Source: Camelus dromedarius
Taxonomy: Eukaryota
DNA: 64,000 bases
NCBI RefSeq assembly: GCF_036321535.1
Contig: NC_087437.1
Coordinates: forward strand, 94,738,001 to 94,802,000
Direction of reading: 5' to 3'
Positions 63,076 to 64,000 of the stretch are shown here, piece by piece; positions within the stretch are counted from its first letter, which is position 1; each line of letters opens with the position of its first letter. Both the position numbers and the translations under genes were made by a program. Under the pieces are notes generated by a model. The model searched no databases. It saw nothing but the letters and a program-made list of their open reading frames with translations, and was not told the DNA's origin.

Positions 63076-64000
63076 GCATACATGTACGTGCCCCACACAC
63101 CCACATATTCTGGCTTGTGTGATATTTTACTGGTTTAATGCTATTTAATGCATTATGGCCTTCATTAAATTCCAGACCAGAACATGAAAAACAGAGTTTA
63201 TCTGCTTGAGGATGTAATCTGGAAATTGAGACCAGTGACACTATTACCAAAGGGTGTAGCATGTTAATTTTTTATTATTGTTTTAACAAAGAAGAGCATT
63301 TTTAATACATCTTTGAACTTCTACCATAGGCCACATTTATATTCTGGGGGAGTTTTTGACTGTCTAGGAAAATAATTTCACAGGGACTAAATTAGACTTT
63401 TCCGAAATTTGTAACTATTCTTCATAGTCTCTTACATATCAGAGCAAAACCCACCGAGAGTCCAGGAATCCCAATTTGCATTTCATAGAAAGGCACATGT
63501 TGTCTGCTATTCGAGTACCACAGCATCAAATGTCCTTGTCAAAATTTAATATCATTTCCTAAAGAGTAAAAAGACTAATAAAGCATTTCCTTTTAGTGTA
63601 ATAGAATGGTTCTACTATACAAACGAGAATAACACAAATTCTTTGTCTTTGGGTTCTACACACTTGAAGTGCTATCTAAAATGAGTAGAAATGGGAAAAA
63701 AATGTGGGGATGTGAAAGGATGATAACAGGTGAGGAGAAATAAAATACTCAACGTTAGTAATAGTAATAGATATTGGAACAGAAGGGGGGAGGTCATTTT
63801 ACTGGGCAGCTGTAGAATACTAAGGAAGCTGGTCCAATAACAGAGGTTTTGAAAGTAAGGAAAGATTGATTGTTCAACCGTGTTCCTGCATCTGGCCTCC
63901 TTGATTTCAAGCATTTCCAGATTGCTATCCAAGACTGTAACTGGGCAAACTCTGTTCTCAAGTTTGCCATTAGGAAAACACAAACACACAGCAAAACACA

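Noticed and set aside
62930..63262. ORFs with SLSL/HTHT/ERER/CVCV runs
   Set aside because: Translations of the (CT)n(CA)n microsatellite.
1..64000. CRISPR arrays, operons, rRNA, snRNA/snoRNA or known miRNA genes
   Set aside because: This is mammalian DNA with no regularly spaced repeats and no recognisable structural RNA genes by eye; an Rfam/Infernal scan would be needed to exclude small ones.

Overview
This is a 64-kb AT-rich mammalian window with no CpG island and no supportable protein-coding exon; every ORF in the track lies in repeats, microsatellites or random sequence. Four tRNA(Ala)-derived Vic-1-type SINEs and camelid-type L1 3' ends point to a camelid genome (alpaca, llama or camel). 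The window is intergenic or deep-intronic. It holds old MIR, L2, L1M and hAT/Tigger relics, younger L1s with intact target-site duplications (TSDs), and a 500-bp solo ERV LTR. Between the repeats are several repeat-free islands rich in developmental TF motifs, plus one strong CTCF motif, which together suggest a long-range enhancer landscape. Four items stand out: (1) a ~510-bp HNRNPF 3'UTR-only copy without poly(A) or TSD, apparently splitting a MER5-like element; (2) a 1.26-kb 'mini-L1' keeping both L1 termini inside one TSD pair, with two large internal deletions; (3) a SINE-related 72-nt unit that folds as a fully paired tRNA-Ala(AGC) with G3:U70 and a T13 terminator; (4) a ~75-nt hairpin with 14-bp perfect arms. 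Repeat names and the HNRNPF match come from my memory of consensus sequences and need Dfam/BLAST confirmation. Boundaries of old repeats are approximate. I could not identify the host locus and do not claim a new multi-gene system.
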